In this document: positions 46,481 through 55,770 of the stretch, one piece after another
How the letters are laid out: every line of letters begins with the position of its first letter
Numbering within the stretch: position 1 is the first letter of the stretch
IMG/VR virus record: IMGVR_UViG_2932189381_000001
Coordinates: 1-64,000 of that record
Length of the DNA: 64,000 bases
Strand: one strand, 5' to 3'
From: a virus
Lineage: Duplodnaviria; Caudoviricetes
Position numbers and translations under genes: made by a program
The notes under the pieces: model-generated
The model's database searches: none
Seen by the model: the letters and a program-made list of their open reading frames with translations, nothing else
What the model was told of the DNA's origin: nothing

Positions 46481-46726
46481 ATGCACGTCACCGAGCTGTA
46501 CCCGGAAGACCTCGTCTTCGAGCATGAAGCGACCGAAGCAACCGGCGTCCCGGGCACCGTCATCCGACAGTGGGCGCGACGCGGCAGGATCCGCCGCTTC
46601 AAAGGCCGGCCTGACGAGTACTCCGGCCAAGGGCACGAGTACAAGACGATGTACGCGCTCCCCGAAGTGCAGGCGTGTGCTGCCACCTACCGGCCGATGC
46701 CGCAGCGCGCACCTCGCGCCGCCTGA
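46481..46726 (+). CDS. MerR/HTH-like small DNA-binding protein
   Basis: EATEATGVPGTVIRQWARRGRI. Confidence 0.7.
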   Translation: MHVTELYPEDLVFEHEATEATGVPGTVIRQWARRGRIRRFKGRPDEYSGQGHEYKTMYALPEVQACAATYRPMPQRAPRAA

Positions 46727-46905
46727 TCTCCCTGCGTGTGGCTCCCGCAGGGCCGGGCCTGGTAGCGCCTCGCGCTCGGCCCCTTTGTCCGCCCGGTCCT
46801 TGCGGGGGGCCGGGCGGACACAACCCCTCGACGGGCGGTCCGGTCGCCGCCTGGTCCCGCCGCCCGAGCAACCCCCGCCAGGGCGGCGGGACACCCAAGA
46901 CGAGG

Positions 46906-46972
46906 ACGCCGTCGGCAGACGAGGGCTGTCGTCCCATGCTGGCCAGTACCGGTTCGACTCCGGAACGGCGGC
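46906..46972 (+). ncRNA. Degenerate tRNA-like structure
   Basis: CGCCGT/ACGGCG acceptor-like stem, GCAG/CTGT D-like stem, CCGG-TTCGACT-CCGG T-arm; anticodon arm poor, no CCA. Confidence 0.4.
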
Positions 46973-47026
46973 GCTCCTTGATAACCAACCCAGCGCCACG
47001 CGGCGCCCCAGCTTGAAGGAGGCCGC

Positions 47027-47413
47027 GTGGCCGACAACCTGACCAACACCGCCGAGAACTTGGCCCTCGACTGGATCCTCGGCGTCGGCACCCCGACCCG
47101 GCCCACCACACCGCTCAAGGTGGCTCTGGTCACCGCGACCGGCACCGACACCACTGCGGGCACTGAGGTGGCCGGCGGCTCCTACGCACGCCAGAACCTG
47201 TCCGTGGCCGCCGCGGTCAACGGGGCCACCAGCAACAGCGCCGACCTGGCGTGGACCGGACTGCCCGCCGCGACCGTGGTCGGTGTCGAGATCTGGGACT
47301 CGTCGGGCACGCCGGTCCGTCTCTGGTACGGGCCGCTGTCCGCGTCCCGCACCGTCGCCGCCGGGGACGAACTCAAGCTCACCGCCGGGTCGCTCTCCCT
47401 GTCTTTGGCATAG
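47027..47413 (+). CDS. Virion structural (fibre/decoration) protein
   Basis: LKVALVTA...GTEVAGGSYARQ...G.L.ASRTV..GD. Confidence 0.7.
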   Translation: MADNLTNTAENLALDWILGVGTPTRPTTPLKVALVTATGTDTTAGTEVAGGSYARQNLSVAAAVNGATSNSADLAWTGLPAATVVGVEIWDSSGTPVRLWYGPLSASRTVAAGDELKLTAGSLSLSLA

Positions 47414-47423
47414 GGAGGGCCGC

Positions 47424-48539
47424 ATGCCGTCCCTGTCCACGCTCGTCGACAACTTCAACGCGGCCACGCTCGGCCCCGTCTGGGGTAACTCCTACGGCGG
47501 GACCGCGGTTGTCGGCGGCCGGGCGCGCGTGCCGTGCACCCTCGACTACGCCGGCTGCCAGACCGCCTACGCGTGGACTCTCGCCGGGGCCAGCTTCTTC
47601 GTGCAGGTGCCCGTCGTGCCGAACCCGGGCGGGGCCACGGCGGAGGCGTACTGCGCGGTCACCGTTCAAGGCTCGGTCGAGGGCACCCGCGTCGGGTTCA
47701 TCATCAACACCGTGTCCGGGCTGATCCGCTGCGTATCCGAGACCGGCTACTGGGACGATGCGGCGGTCGAGCTCACCTATGCCCCGGTCGCCCACCTCTT
47801 CCTGCGGCTACGGGAGGACGGCACCAACCTCTACTGGGACACGTCCCCGGACGGCACGACGTGGACCAACCGGCGCACGCTCGCCACCCCCGCCTGGATT
47901 CCTACCGAAGTCGATACGTGCGCGCTCGACATGAGCGCCCACCGGGATGGCGGCGTCGGCGACTACGTCGAGTTCGACCTGTTCAACACGCTGTCCAACG
48001 GGGCCGTACTCACCGCGTCCGCGGCTTTGTCCGCTGAGACGACCCTCGGCGCTGTGGCCCGCGTCACCGCACGCGCGACGGCGGAGCTCACCGCGGACAC
48101 GACCCTCGCCGCCGCCCCGACCCTGGCCGCGCACGCCACAGCCGTCCTCGCCGGTCAGGCGACGCTTGCCGCGGACGCGGACAGTGCAGAGATCCCGGAG
48201 GTGGCAGGGTTGGCAGCCGGAATCTTCGATCTGCGTTTGGAGCAGGGCGCCACGTTCGTGCAGAACTACCGGGTCGCGGATGTGCCGGGCTTCTCCTGGG
48301 ACGGGTGGGCGGTGCGCTCACAGATCCGGTCGGCGCCCGCTTCCGAGCACGGCGAACTCCTCCTCGACCTGGGCGACTACCTGACCATCATCGGGGACAC
48401 GATCCGGCTTGCTATCCCCGCCGCGGTCACTGAAACCCTCACCCGGAACGGGGTCTGGGACCTCGAGGTCTTCAAGGCGGGCACCGTCGTCAGGCTGCTG
48501 CAGGGCCGTGCGGTCGTCTCGCTGGAGGTGACCCGGTGA
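47424..48539 (+). CDS. Virion protein with lectin-like N-terminus and LtfC/BppU-like C-terminal domain
   Basis: LFLRLREDGTNLYWDTSPDG; DLRLEQGATF...SQIR...WDLEV...RLLQG. Confidence 0.6.
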   Translation: MPSLSTLVDNFNAATLGPVWGNSYGGTAVVGGRARVPCTLDYAGCQTAYAWTLAGASFFVQVPVVPNPGGATAEAYCAVTVQGSVEGTRVGFIINTVSGLIRCVSETGYWDDAAVELTYAPVAHLFLRLREDGTNLYWDTSPDGTTWTNRRTLATPAWIPTEVDTCALDMSAHRDGGVGDYVEFDLFNTLSNGAVLTASAALSAETTLGAVARVTARATAELTADTTLAAAPTLAAHATAVLAGQATLAADADSAEIPEVAGLAAGIFDLRLEQGATFVQNYRVADVPGFSWDGWAVRSQIRSAPASEHGELLLDLGDYLTIIGDTIRLAIPAAVTETLTRNGVWDLEVFKAGTVVRLLQGRAVVSLEVTR

Positions 48540-49336
48540 GGATCCAGGTCACGGGCGAGGCGTTCACTGACGAGATCGAAGTGACCACCGGACAGCAGGC
48601 CCGCACCGTCGTGGTGTCCGCCGGCCTCGTGTCCTCCGTCAATGGGCAGACCGGCGACGTCGTCGGCCTGGCCACCGTCGACGGTGTCGAGGCTGCGGCT
48701 CAGGGCGTGGTCGATGAGCATGTGGCCGCCGTGGACCCGCACGGGGACCGGGTGTACGCCGAGGAGGCGCTGCAGGCGCACGTCGTGGCTCCGGATCCGC
48801 ACGGCGATCGGGCGGCAGCCGCAGCAGATGCGACAGCGAAGGTCGCCGCGCACCTCGCGGCCACGGACCCGCACGCCGACCGGGCTTACGCCGACGGGAA
48901 GTTCCTGCCGAAGGCGGGCGGCACGTTCACCGGTCCACTCAACGGGCCCGGCGGGTTCGCGGTCGCCTCCGACGGCGGGGTCACCGCGCCGAGCCTGACC
49001 TTGCCGGCTGCGGCCACCTCGCTCAGCAAGAGTCTCGTCATCACCGCCCCGGCCGGCGCGGTCTCCTACGTGGTGTGGCGCGCTCCGAAAGCGTGCACCG
49101 TGACCGCGGTCCGCGGGTATCGGGTGGGTGGCACCGGGGTGACGATCAACGCGGTCAAGAACGCGGTCGATCTCCTCGCCACGAACCTGTCCCTGTCGAC
49201 GGCGTCCACGTGGATGTCCGGGCCGTCCGTGCAGAACGCCGCCTTTGCCGCGGGCGACAGTCTCACCGTCGCGATCCGCTCCGTCACCGGGGCGCCGACG
49301 GCGGTCACGATTCAGGTCGACCTGCAAGGGGTGTGA
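48536..49336 (+). CDS. Fibre-like virion protein
   Basis: VSSVNGQTGDV; three H-x-A-x-x-DPH repeats; LPKAGGTFTGPL. Confidence 0.7.
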   Translation: MRIQVTGEAFTDEIEVTTGQQARTVVVSAGLVSSVNGQTGDVVGLATVDGVEAAAQGVVDEHVAAVDPHGDRVYAEEALQAHVVAPDPHGDRAAAAADATAKVAAHLAATDPHADRAYADGKFLPKAGGTFTGPLNGPGGFAVASDGGVTAPSLTLPAAATSLSKSLVITAPAGAVSYVVWRAPKACTVTAVRGYRVGGTGVTINAVKNAVDLLATNLSLSTASTWMSGPSVQNAAFAAGDSLTVAIRSVTGAPTAVTIQVDLQGV

Positions 49337-49339
49337 GCG

Positions 49340-50884
49340 ATGGCGGTGTTCACCGTCGATGACGGGCAGATGCTGTATCAGCCGCCGCCCGCCGCCCTCA
49401 CCACCCAGACCCTCACCGGCCCGAACCGGCTGCAAGTGTCCGACGGCCAGGGCGTGCTGGCCACGCTCACGGTCGGTGCGCGGACTGTCGCGATGCGGGG
49501 GCCGGTCCGGACGTTCGTCGAGGACAAGAGGCCATTCACCGACCAGTTCACGAGGACGGCGAGCAACGGGTTCGGCGCGAGTCCCGGTGGCGGTAACTGG
49601 TCTCAGTCCGGTACCGCCGCCCTCTACAGCGTGACCGGCGGCGTCGGGCAGATCTCGTGCGACGTCGCCAACACTTCGCGGCATGCCACCGTCATCGACA
49701 CGCTCACGGACGTTGACGTCACCGCCAAGGTGACCGTCACCACCGTCCCCGCGGGGGCCGCATCGTCGATCGGTCTCTCCTTCGGTTACACGGCCACGAG
49801 CGACGCGAACCGTGCCCGGCTGATCGTCAACACGACCGGTGTCGTGCAGCTGACCTTGGAGAAGGAAGTCGGTGGCACCGTCACCGCGCTCGGTGCAGCC
49901 ACGCAGGTTGGGACCGGTTTCACGGCTGGCCAGTGGTGGCGGATCCGCGCCCAGCGCACCGGTTCTACGATCCGCTGTCGGGCGTGGCGTGACGGGACCG
50001 CCGAGCCGGAGACGTGGCTGCACTCCGTCGCCGACACCGCGAACCCGGCGGGCCGGGTCGGGTTCCGGGCGCTCGCGTCCACCGGCTCCACCGGCCTGCC
50101 GCGCATCTTTCAGGTCGACGACCTGCAAGTCGTCTCCGGTAGCTGGGACGTCGTTCCGACTGTCACTCACAGCACGTGGGTGCGGGTCCTCGATCAGCCG
50201 TTCACCGGCACGTGGACGCCGCAGCTCGCCGACCAGATCCGCGCGTGGGCGGTCGACTCCAGTCCGGACGTTCTGGCCTACGCGATGATGTACGTGACCG
50301 GCGCCCCGGCCGTGACCAGCCCCGCCCTCGCCGGAGCGCAGGTCGCCGGCCAGTCCGACTATGGGCCCCTCGACGCCGCGGGTGCGCCCATCGAGGGTGC
50401 CGACTTCCACGACTACATGGGCCGCAGCTGGACGTTCCCGAACGGGGAGACACAGTCGGCGGGCGCGGGGGAGCAGGGGTGCATGGACTGCTCCGGTTTT
50501 ACTCGCATGATCTACGGCTTCCACATGGGCATCCCGATGGTGCGCACGGAGAACATCGACGGGCTGAACCTGCCGCGGATGACGAAGGACATCGGTCCGA
50601 ACGGTCCGGGTGTCATCGTCGCGCAGTCGGCGAGTAGCGCACCCCCGCTCACCGCGATCCAGCCCGGCGACGTCCCGCACTTCGACGCCGACACCGGTGA
50701 CCCTATAGCCGGGCAGATGGACCACAACGGGATCTACCTCGGAGTCGACAGCCTCGGCCAGCCGCGGTTCGTGAACTCGCGGAAGACGCCGAACGGGCCC
50801 ACCTTCGCCGACCTCGGCGGCGCCTCCCGGCTGGACGGTGTCGGCCTGTACGCGACCAGCCTTCGCTTGATCAGACGCTTCTAG
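49340..50884 (+). CDS. Beta-rich protein with C-terminal NlpC/P60 peptidase
   Basis: MDCSGFTRMIYG...QPGDV.HF...DHNGIYLG. Confidence 0.8.
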   Translation: MAVFTVDDGQMLYQPPPAALTTQTLTGPNRLQVSDGQGVLATLTVGARTVAMRGPVRTFVEDKRPFTDQFTRTASNGFGASPGGGNWSQSGTAALYSVTGGVGQISCDVANTSRHATVIDTLTDVDVTAKVTVTTVPAGAASSIGLSFGYTATSDANRARLIVNTTGVVQLTLEKEVGGTVTALGAATQVGTGFTAGQWWRIRAQRTGSTIRCRAWRDGTAEPETWLHSVADTANPAGRVGFRALASTGSTGLPRIFQVDDLQVVSGSWDVVPTVTHSTWVRVLDQPFTGTWTPQLADQIRAWAVDSSPDVLAYAMMYVTGAPAVTSPALAGAQVAGQSDYGPLDAAGAPIEGADFHDYMGRSWTFPNGETQSAGAGEQGCMDCSGFTRMIYGFHMGIPMVRTENIDGLNLPRMTKDIGPNGPGVIVAQSASSAPPLTAIQPGDVPHFDADTGDPIAGQMDHNGIYLGVDSLGQPRFVNSRKTPNGPTFADLGGASRLDGVGLYATSLRLIRRF

Positions 50885-50893
50885 GAGACCGTC

Positions 50894-51457
50894 ATGCCCA
50901 CCAGTGATGCCGAGGGCAAGGACTGGTCCCTCGAGAAGTTCAAGCGCCACCTGCCGAAGACCGTGTGCGACATCGGCCCCGGCGAAGGCACCTACGCGAA
51001 GCTGTTCCGGCCGCACGAGCCCGACGAGCCCGGCGTGTGGTGGACCGGCATCGAGGTGCACGCGCCCTACGTGAAGCGGTTCCGGCTGAAGAGCACGAAG
51101 ACGCGCCGGATGTACGACGAGATCCACGTCATGGACGTGCGCGAGGCCCCGGCCCACCTGTTTCACCGGGACGCAGTACTGCTCGGCGACGTACTGGAGC
51201 ACCTGCCTCGCGAGGACGCGGTCGCCCTGCTGCACCGCATCGTCGAGGGCCCGGACGACGCGACCGGGGCCCATCACATCCTCGTGTCCGTGCCGATCGT
51301 CGAGTCCATCCAGGGTGAGGTGGACGGCAATCCGCACGAGGCGCACCTGCATCAGTGGGATGCGGACGACATGGATCATGTGCTCGCCGGACTCGGCGGG
51401 AAGGTCGAGACGTTTCGTGGTGGAACGCTCGGGTGCTGGTGGTGGACGCGGACGTGA
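50894..51457 (+). CDS. Class I SAM-dependent methyltransferase
   Basis: VCDIGPGEG, GIEV, GDVLEHL, NPHEAH. Confidence 0.85.
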   Translation: MPTSDAEGKDWSLEKFKRHLPKTVCDIGPGEGTYAKLFRPHEPDEPGVWWTGIEVHAPYVKRFRLKSTKTRRMYDEIHVMDVREAPAHLFHRDAVLLGDVLEHLPREDAVALLHRIVEGPDDATGAHHILVSVPIVESIQGEVDGNPHEAHLHQWDADDMDHVLAGLGGKVETFRGGTLGCWWWTRT

Positions 51458-51651
51458 CCGGAGCTGAAGCGTTCGACGGCTACCGGGTCTGCGCTGACGA
51501 ACCGTCCGCCGATGCGCCCATCGTCGCCCTCACCTGTGACCAGTGCTCGCAGACCGCTGGTCGGGGCGACGTCCGCTGGTGGCCCAAGGACTACAGCCCA
51601 TCCCTGCCCGAGCTGATCGCTGAAGCCGAACGGCACCAGCAACAGCACTGA
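51454..51651 (+). CDS. Hypothetical protein
   Basis: GTGA coupling; CDQC...H. Confidence 0.5.
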   Translation: MTGAEAFDGYRVCADEPSADAPIVALTCDQCSQTAGRGDVRWWPKDYSPSLPELIAEAERHQQQH

Positions 51652-51670
51652 CCCACGGAAGGCCCGCGCC

Positions 51671-51952
51671 ATGGCTACCGTCCCGGATCTGCCCCTGTGG
51701 GGCTGGAATCTGATCATCGCGATGCAGCGACACGAGGAACTGCACGGCAAGTCCGACACCTGCCTCGACGGGGTCCTCAAGGCCGTCCCCGACGAGGTGC
51801 TCGCCCAAGCCGAGGCGATCAGTGCCTACGTGCAGAAAGCGTCCGGGCACCAGCTCGCCGACCAGGCCACCAAGACCTGGGACCAGATGATCGGCAGATT
51901 CTCCCAGATCTTCAGCTCCGACGAGCAGCCGCAGGAAGCTGAGACGGCGTGA
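51671..51952 (+). CDS. Hypothetical protein
   Basis: Preceded by GGCCCGCGCC-ATG motif. Confidence 0.65.
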   Translation: MATVPDLPLWGWNLIIAMQRHEELHGKSDTCLDGVLKAVPDEVLAQAEAISAYVQKASGHQLADQATKTWDQMIGRFSQIFSSDEQPQEAETA

Positions 51953-52197
51953 CCGACACCCGTGTCGAACTCCAGGTCAACCCCGAGCTCGAAGCCGACT
52001 TCAACAAGCACCAGCATCTGCTGCCCGGTCGTGAACTGTCCCGGCGGCGCGAAGGCGAGCATGTCGTCCTCACCTGGCTCGCCCCAGACGCACCGCCCGA
52101 AGCCGCGACCATGAGCCCCTGGTTCACGCTCGTCGACGACCGCATCGAACTTGGCGGCATCGACTACTACGACGCCGCCGGATACCTGATCACCTAA
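51949..52197 (+). CDS. Hypothetical protein
   Basis: GTGA coupling. Confidence 0.6.
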   Translation: MTDTRVELQVNPELEADFNKHQHLLPGRELSRRREGEHVVLTWLAPDAPPEAATMSPWFTLVDDRIELGGIDYYDAAGYLIT

Positions 52198-52218
52198 CCC
52201 CACCCTGGAGCCCGCGCC

Positions 52219-52506
52219 ATGACCGATCTCACCCACGAGTTCGGGCGGCTCTTCGGTAGCATCCCCGAACCCGAGAGTGCCTACGACGACCTCGTCACCC
52301 GCATGAGCGTCGCCGAAGGCGGCTTCCTCTGGACCCGGGAAGAAGCCACCGCGCTCGTCGATGCGGTCCTTCACGAAGCCGCCGAGAAAATCCGCACCGA
52401 AGAAGCGCCCGCCGAGCACGACGACACCTTCGATGCAGGCGCCGTATGGGCATCCGAACTCATCCGCCCGGCAACCGCCGCACAGCATCAGTCAGACAAG
52501 AGCTGA
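52219..52506 (+). CDS. Hypothetical protein
   Basis: Preceded by GGAGCCCGCGCC-ATG; EAAEKIR...ASELIRP. Confidence 0.65.
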   Translation: MTDLTHEFGRLFGSIPEPESAYDDLVTRMSVAEGGFLWTREEATALVDAVLHEAAEKIRTEEAPAEHDDTFDAGAVWASELIRPATAAQHQSDKS

Positions 52507-52526
52507 CCACCACAGGAGCCCGCGCC

Positions 52527-52682
52527 ATGCCTGTCTTCATCCTCGGCCTACTCCTCGGAGCGGTCTCCGGAGGCGTCACCTACGGTCTGACCGCTGACCC
52601 CCAGCTCTCAGGGATCGTCGGGGCGATCTCTGCCGTCCTCACCTGGCTCGGCCTCGCCACGCTGATCTTCGCCGATGACTGA
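52527..52682 (+). CDS. Small 2-TM membrane protein (similar to 7323-7475)
   Basis: FILGLLLGAVSGGVTYGLT...AVLTWLG..LIFADD. Confidence 0.7.
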   Translation: MPVFILGLLLGAVSGGVTYGLTADPQLSGIVGAISAVLTWLGLATLIFADD

Positions 52683-52693
52683 GGGGGCGCGCC

Positions 52694-53146
52694 ATGGATC
52701 TCCACGCCTGGATCACCCAGCAAGTCGACGAGACCGAGCGGCTCCTCGAAGAGGGCGAGTGGCCGCCCAGCCAGGAAGACGGCGTCCGACTGCGTTGTGA
52801 GGCGGACCGCCGCATCCTCGCCCGGCACCGGCTCGACCCCGACATGGCGCACAGCACCGCCTACGCGGCAGCCTGCGAAGGCTGCGGCATCGACGACAAG
52901 TGGGGCCTGCCGTACATCGACAACCTCAACGACTGCCCCGAACTCCTCGACCTCGCGCACGCCCACGGGCTGACAGGCGAGATCCTCGCCGGACTCGACC
53001 GGCCCGAGGCGGCCAAGCCCAAGAGCCGCATGCAGGCAGCCCCAGCACAATCCGGCATCCGACAGCTAGCCCAAACCCTCGGCATCCGACCCATCACCAC
53101 CGCCGACGTGCCCGCCGCGCTACGCGGCCCCAACTGGAAGCACTGA
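52694..53146 (+). CDS. DUF6221-like protein
   Basis: DLHAWI...LRCEADRRILARH...CEGC...CPELLDLA. Confidence 0.65.
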   Translation: MDLHAWITQQVDETERLLEEGEWPPSQEDGVRLRCEADRRILARHRLDPDMAHSTAYAAACEGCGIDDKWGLPYIDNLNDCPELLDLAHAHGLTGEILAGLDRPEAAKPKSRMQAAPAQSGIRQLAQTLGIRPITTADVPAALRGPNWKH

Positions 53147-53165
53147 CCCCACAGGAGCCCGCGCC

Positions 53166-53354
53166 ATGGCCCGATACGAGATCAACTACCTCACCGGCAA
53201 CACCGAGTACGTCACCGCCGATGGTGTCGAGTACGACGCCGATGCCCGCGACTACGTCTTCACCGGAACCAACGGCATGGGCGTCATCGCTCTCGTTCCG
53301 ACCAGCAACGTCCGCAGCGTCCACCGCCAGGACCCCGAGGCGGTGACCGGCTGA
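53166..53354 (+). CDS. Hypothetical protein
   Basis: Preceded by GGAGCCCGCGCC-ATG. Confidence 0.65.
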   Translation: MARYEINYLTGNTEYVTADGVEYDADARDYVFTGTNGMGVIALVPTSNVRSVHRQDPEAVTG

Positions 53355-54028
53355 TGGCCCGCTTGCAGATTCTCGAACTCCCCGAAGGCAGCAGCGACGA
53401 CCGGCCGCCGTTCGTCCTCGTCGTCGACCAGGTCCCCACCGACGAAGCCCGCTTCGATGTGATCCGCCGCGACCTCCTCACCGATGGAGACCTCGCCGAA
53501 CGCCTCGGCGCCCGCGCGGTCCTCGTCTTCGAAGACACCGTCGACATCCCCGCCAACGACACCACCGCCTACCTCGGCGGCAGCCTCCCGCCCGACGCCC
53601 ACTACGAGGTCACCATCGGCGGGCAGCCCGTCACCTGGACCCCCAGTGACGAGACACAGGCTCGCGCAGCCGAAGAGGGACAGCGGCTCGCCAACGAGCG
53701 GACCGACATCGCCCGCGACATGGACCGGCTCGCCAACCACAAGGCCGCCATCACCGACGCACTCGGTATCAACCCGCTCAACGGCTGGGACCGCATCATC
53801 GAAGCCGCCGCCACACTCCGGCAGGATCGCGCCGAGCAGGCCGCCGCCCTCGCCCGCGTCCGCAACCTGCACCGGCCCGTCGAACACAACGGGCAGACCA
53901 TCTGCTGGGAATGCTCCGCCTACGACTTCGAGTGCCTGACCACCGACAACTCGCCCGTCGCCCACGACCAATGCGGCACCCACCGGGCACTCGTCGGCGA
54001 ACAGACGCACACTCAGGAGCAGACGTGA
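53354..54028 (+). CDS. Hypothetical protein
   Basis: MARLQILELP; ALARVRNLHRP...CWEC. Confidence 0.7.
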   Translation: MARLQILELPEGSSDDRPPFVLVVDQVPTDEARFDVIRRDLLTDGDLAERLGARAVLVFEDTVDIPANDTTAYLGGSLPPDAHYEVTIGGQPVTWTPSDETQARAAEEGQRLANERTDIARDMDRLANHKAAITDALGINPLNGWDRIIEAAATLRQDRAEQAAALARVRNLHRPVEHNGQTICWECSAYDFECLTTDNSPVAHDQCGTHRALVGEQTHTQEQT

Positions 54029-54342
54029 GCGGCGGCTCGTACAACTACCTGTGCACCGCCATGGACCTCGAAGACCTGCACTCCCGCCGCCACGACCTCG
54101 ACGACATGGCCAAGCGACTCGCCGGACTCGGCTACGCCCAGGACGCCGCACGCGAGACCGAGGAGCTTCTTTTGCTGCTCCGCCAGTGGGAGACCCGAGC
54201 CGAAGTCCGTATGCGGCGGCTCACCGACGTCTGGAAGGCCGTCGAGTGGTGGGACTCCAACGACAGCAGCGAGACCCGCGTCCACGAAGCCCTCGCCAAA
54301 TACCGGGGCGACCACGACGACGCGGGAGAGGTTCGTGCCTGA
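54025..54342 (+). CDS. Hypothetical protein
   Basis: SGGSYNYL...VWKAVEWWDS. Confidence 0.7.
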   Translation: MSGGSYNYLCTAMDLEDLHSRRHDLDDMAKRLAGLGYAQDAARETEELLLLLRQWETRAEVRMRRLTDVWKAVEWWDSNDSSETRVHEALAKYRGDHDDAGEVRA

Positions 54343-54538
54343 CGTGACGGTGAAGCTGTCCGACGGCGTCCGCGAGATCACCGTCGAATACGGCGGCGCC
54401 GACGACGACCCGCTCGCACGCGCCGAAGACACCGCCGTCCGGCTCTACAGCGTCGTCGCCAACACGCCGCACGACCGGCGCGCCGGGTTCGGCGGATGGG
54501 CCATCAGCAGCGACACCGAACGCAGCCCCGAGGAGTAG
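54335..54538 (+). CDS. Hypothetical protein
   Basis: RBS GGAGAGG. Confidence 0.55.
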   Translation: MPDVTVKLSDGVREITVEYGGADDDPLARAEDTAVRLYSVVANTPHDRRAGFGGWAISSDTERSPEE

Positions 54539-54671
54539 GGCCGAACTCACTTGCAGCTTGGGTGACTTGACCCACCAAATGCCGGTTGAGCAGGTAAAAT
54601 GAACATCGAAAACCCCGGCGAGCGTTGGAGCGCTCCCGGGGCCGTGGACGACGCTTTGAAGGAGCGCCGAC

Positions 54672-55448
54672 ATGACCAAGCGTATCTGCATGCTCGACGA
54701 CTGCGACAGACCCCACCGAGGTCTCGGGTACTGCAATCGCCACTACCTGAAGTTCAAGCGGTTTGGTGACCCGCTCTATGCAACTCAGCGGCCTGATCGA
54801 CCCTTCTGCGCCATCGAGGGGTGCCGAGGAGAATCGCGCGCCCGAGGCTGGTGCATCAAGCATTACGGTCGCTGGCGGGCGACAGGCGATCCGACCGGAA
54901 GCAAGCCGCGCCGAGAACGGCCGCTTTGTAGCTATGAGGGTTGCGACAAGCCTCATGCAGCCAATGGCTATTGCGGAACGCACGCTAGCCGGGTGAGGCG
55001 CACCGGGACGGTGAAGGCCCGAGGCGGGCGAACCGACTGCGTCGTGCAGGACTGCGTTCGTGTTCACTGGTCCGGCGGCTACTGCTCGATGCACGGACAG
55101 CGCGTCCGAAAGTACGGCGAGCCGGGTCCCGCCTTCAGCTTCATCGGGGACGGGAGTGCTCGTCGGCAGGGCAATGGCGGTTACGTAATGATGACGATCA
55201 ACGGGCGGCGTGTATCTGAGCACCGGTACGTCATGGAACGTGCACTTGGGCGCCCGCTGACCTCGGACGAGAATGTGCATCACATCAACGGTGACAGGCA
55301 GGACAACCGCCTCGCCAACCTGGAGCTGTGGAACACGTCTCAGCCTGCTGGACAGCGGATCGATGACAAGGTCAAGTGGGCAGCCGACCTGCTTCGGCTG
55401 TACGCACCCGAGCTGCTGTCGCCGCCAGGCTTGGACGCGGCTTCCTGA
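54672..55448 (+). CDS. HNH homing endonuclease with four CxxxxC...GxCxxH zinc fingers
   Basis: EHRYVMERALGRPL..DENVHHINGDRQDNRLANLELW; lower GC3; own TAAAAT -10 box. Confidence 0.9.
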   Translation: MTKRICMLDDCDRPHRGLGYCNRHYLKFKRFGDPLYATQRPDRPFCAIEGCRGESRARGWCIKHYGRWRATGDPTGSKPRRERPLCSYEGCDKPHAANGYCGTHASRVRRTGTVKARGGRTDCVVQDCVRVHWSGGYCSMHGQRVRKYGEPGPAFSFIGDGSARRQGNGGYVMMTINGRRVSEHRYVMERALGRPLTSDENVHHINGDRQDNRLANLELWNTSQPAGQRIDDKVKWAADLLRLYAPELLSPPGLDAAS

Positions 55449-55454
55449 GGGAGG

Positions 55455-55754
55455 GTGACCATGTCAGGTGGGTGGCGAGGGTCCGACAGGCGGTCCAGGC
55501 TTCCAAGGAACTGGGCTGCGATCCGGGCCGAAGTACTGGCCAGGGATAGCACTTGCGTGCTGTGTTCCGTTCGCCCGGCCACCCACTGTGACCACATAAA
55601 ACCCAAGACTGATGATCACCGGCCTGAGGGGCTCCAGGGAGTTTGCGGACCCTGCCATGATCAGAAAAGTAGTGCGGAAGGGAACGCCGCCCAGCGCGCC
55701 AACCCGCGGCCCGGACGGCGACGCCCGGAGGAAGACCACCCAGGTCTCCGCTGA
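55455..55754 (+). CDS. Terminase-associated HNH endonuclease
   Basis: GWRGSDRRSRLP.NW..IR..VLARD..CVLC..DHI...LQGVCGPCHDQKS. Confidence 0.85.
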   Translation: MTMSGGWRGSDRRSRLPRNWAAIRAEVLARDSTCVLCSVRPATHCDHIKPKTDDHRPEGLQGVCGPCHDQKSSAEGNAAQRANPRPGRRRPEEDHPGLR

Positions 55755-55770
55755 ACGAGAGGCCCGCGCT

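Noticed and set aside
46906-46972. Functional tRNA gene
   Set aside because: Too short between arms, weak anticodon stem, no U33 or CCA; kept only as tRNA-like.
48377-51379. 1000-aa minus-strand ORF and other long antisense ORFs (35245-37587, 18741-20579, 25645-27573)
   Set aside because: Shadow frames of real high-GC genes on the opposite strand; no motifs or RBS.
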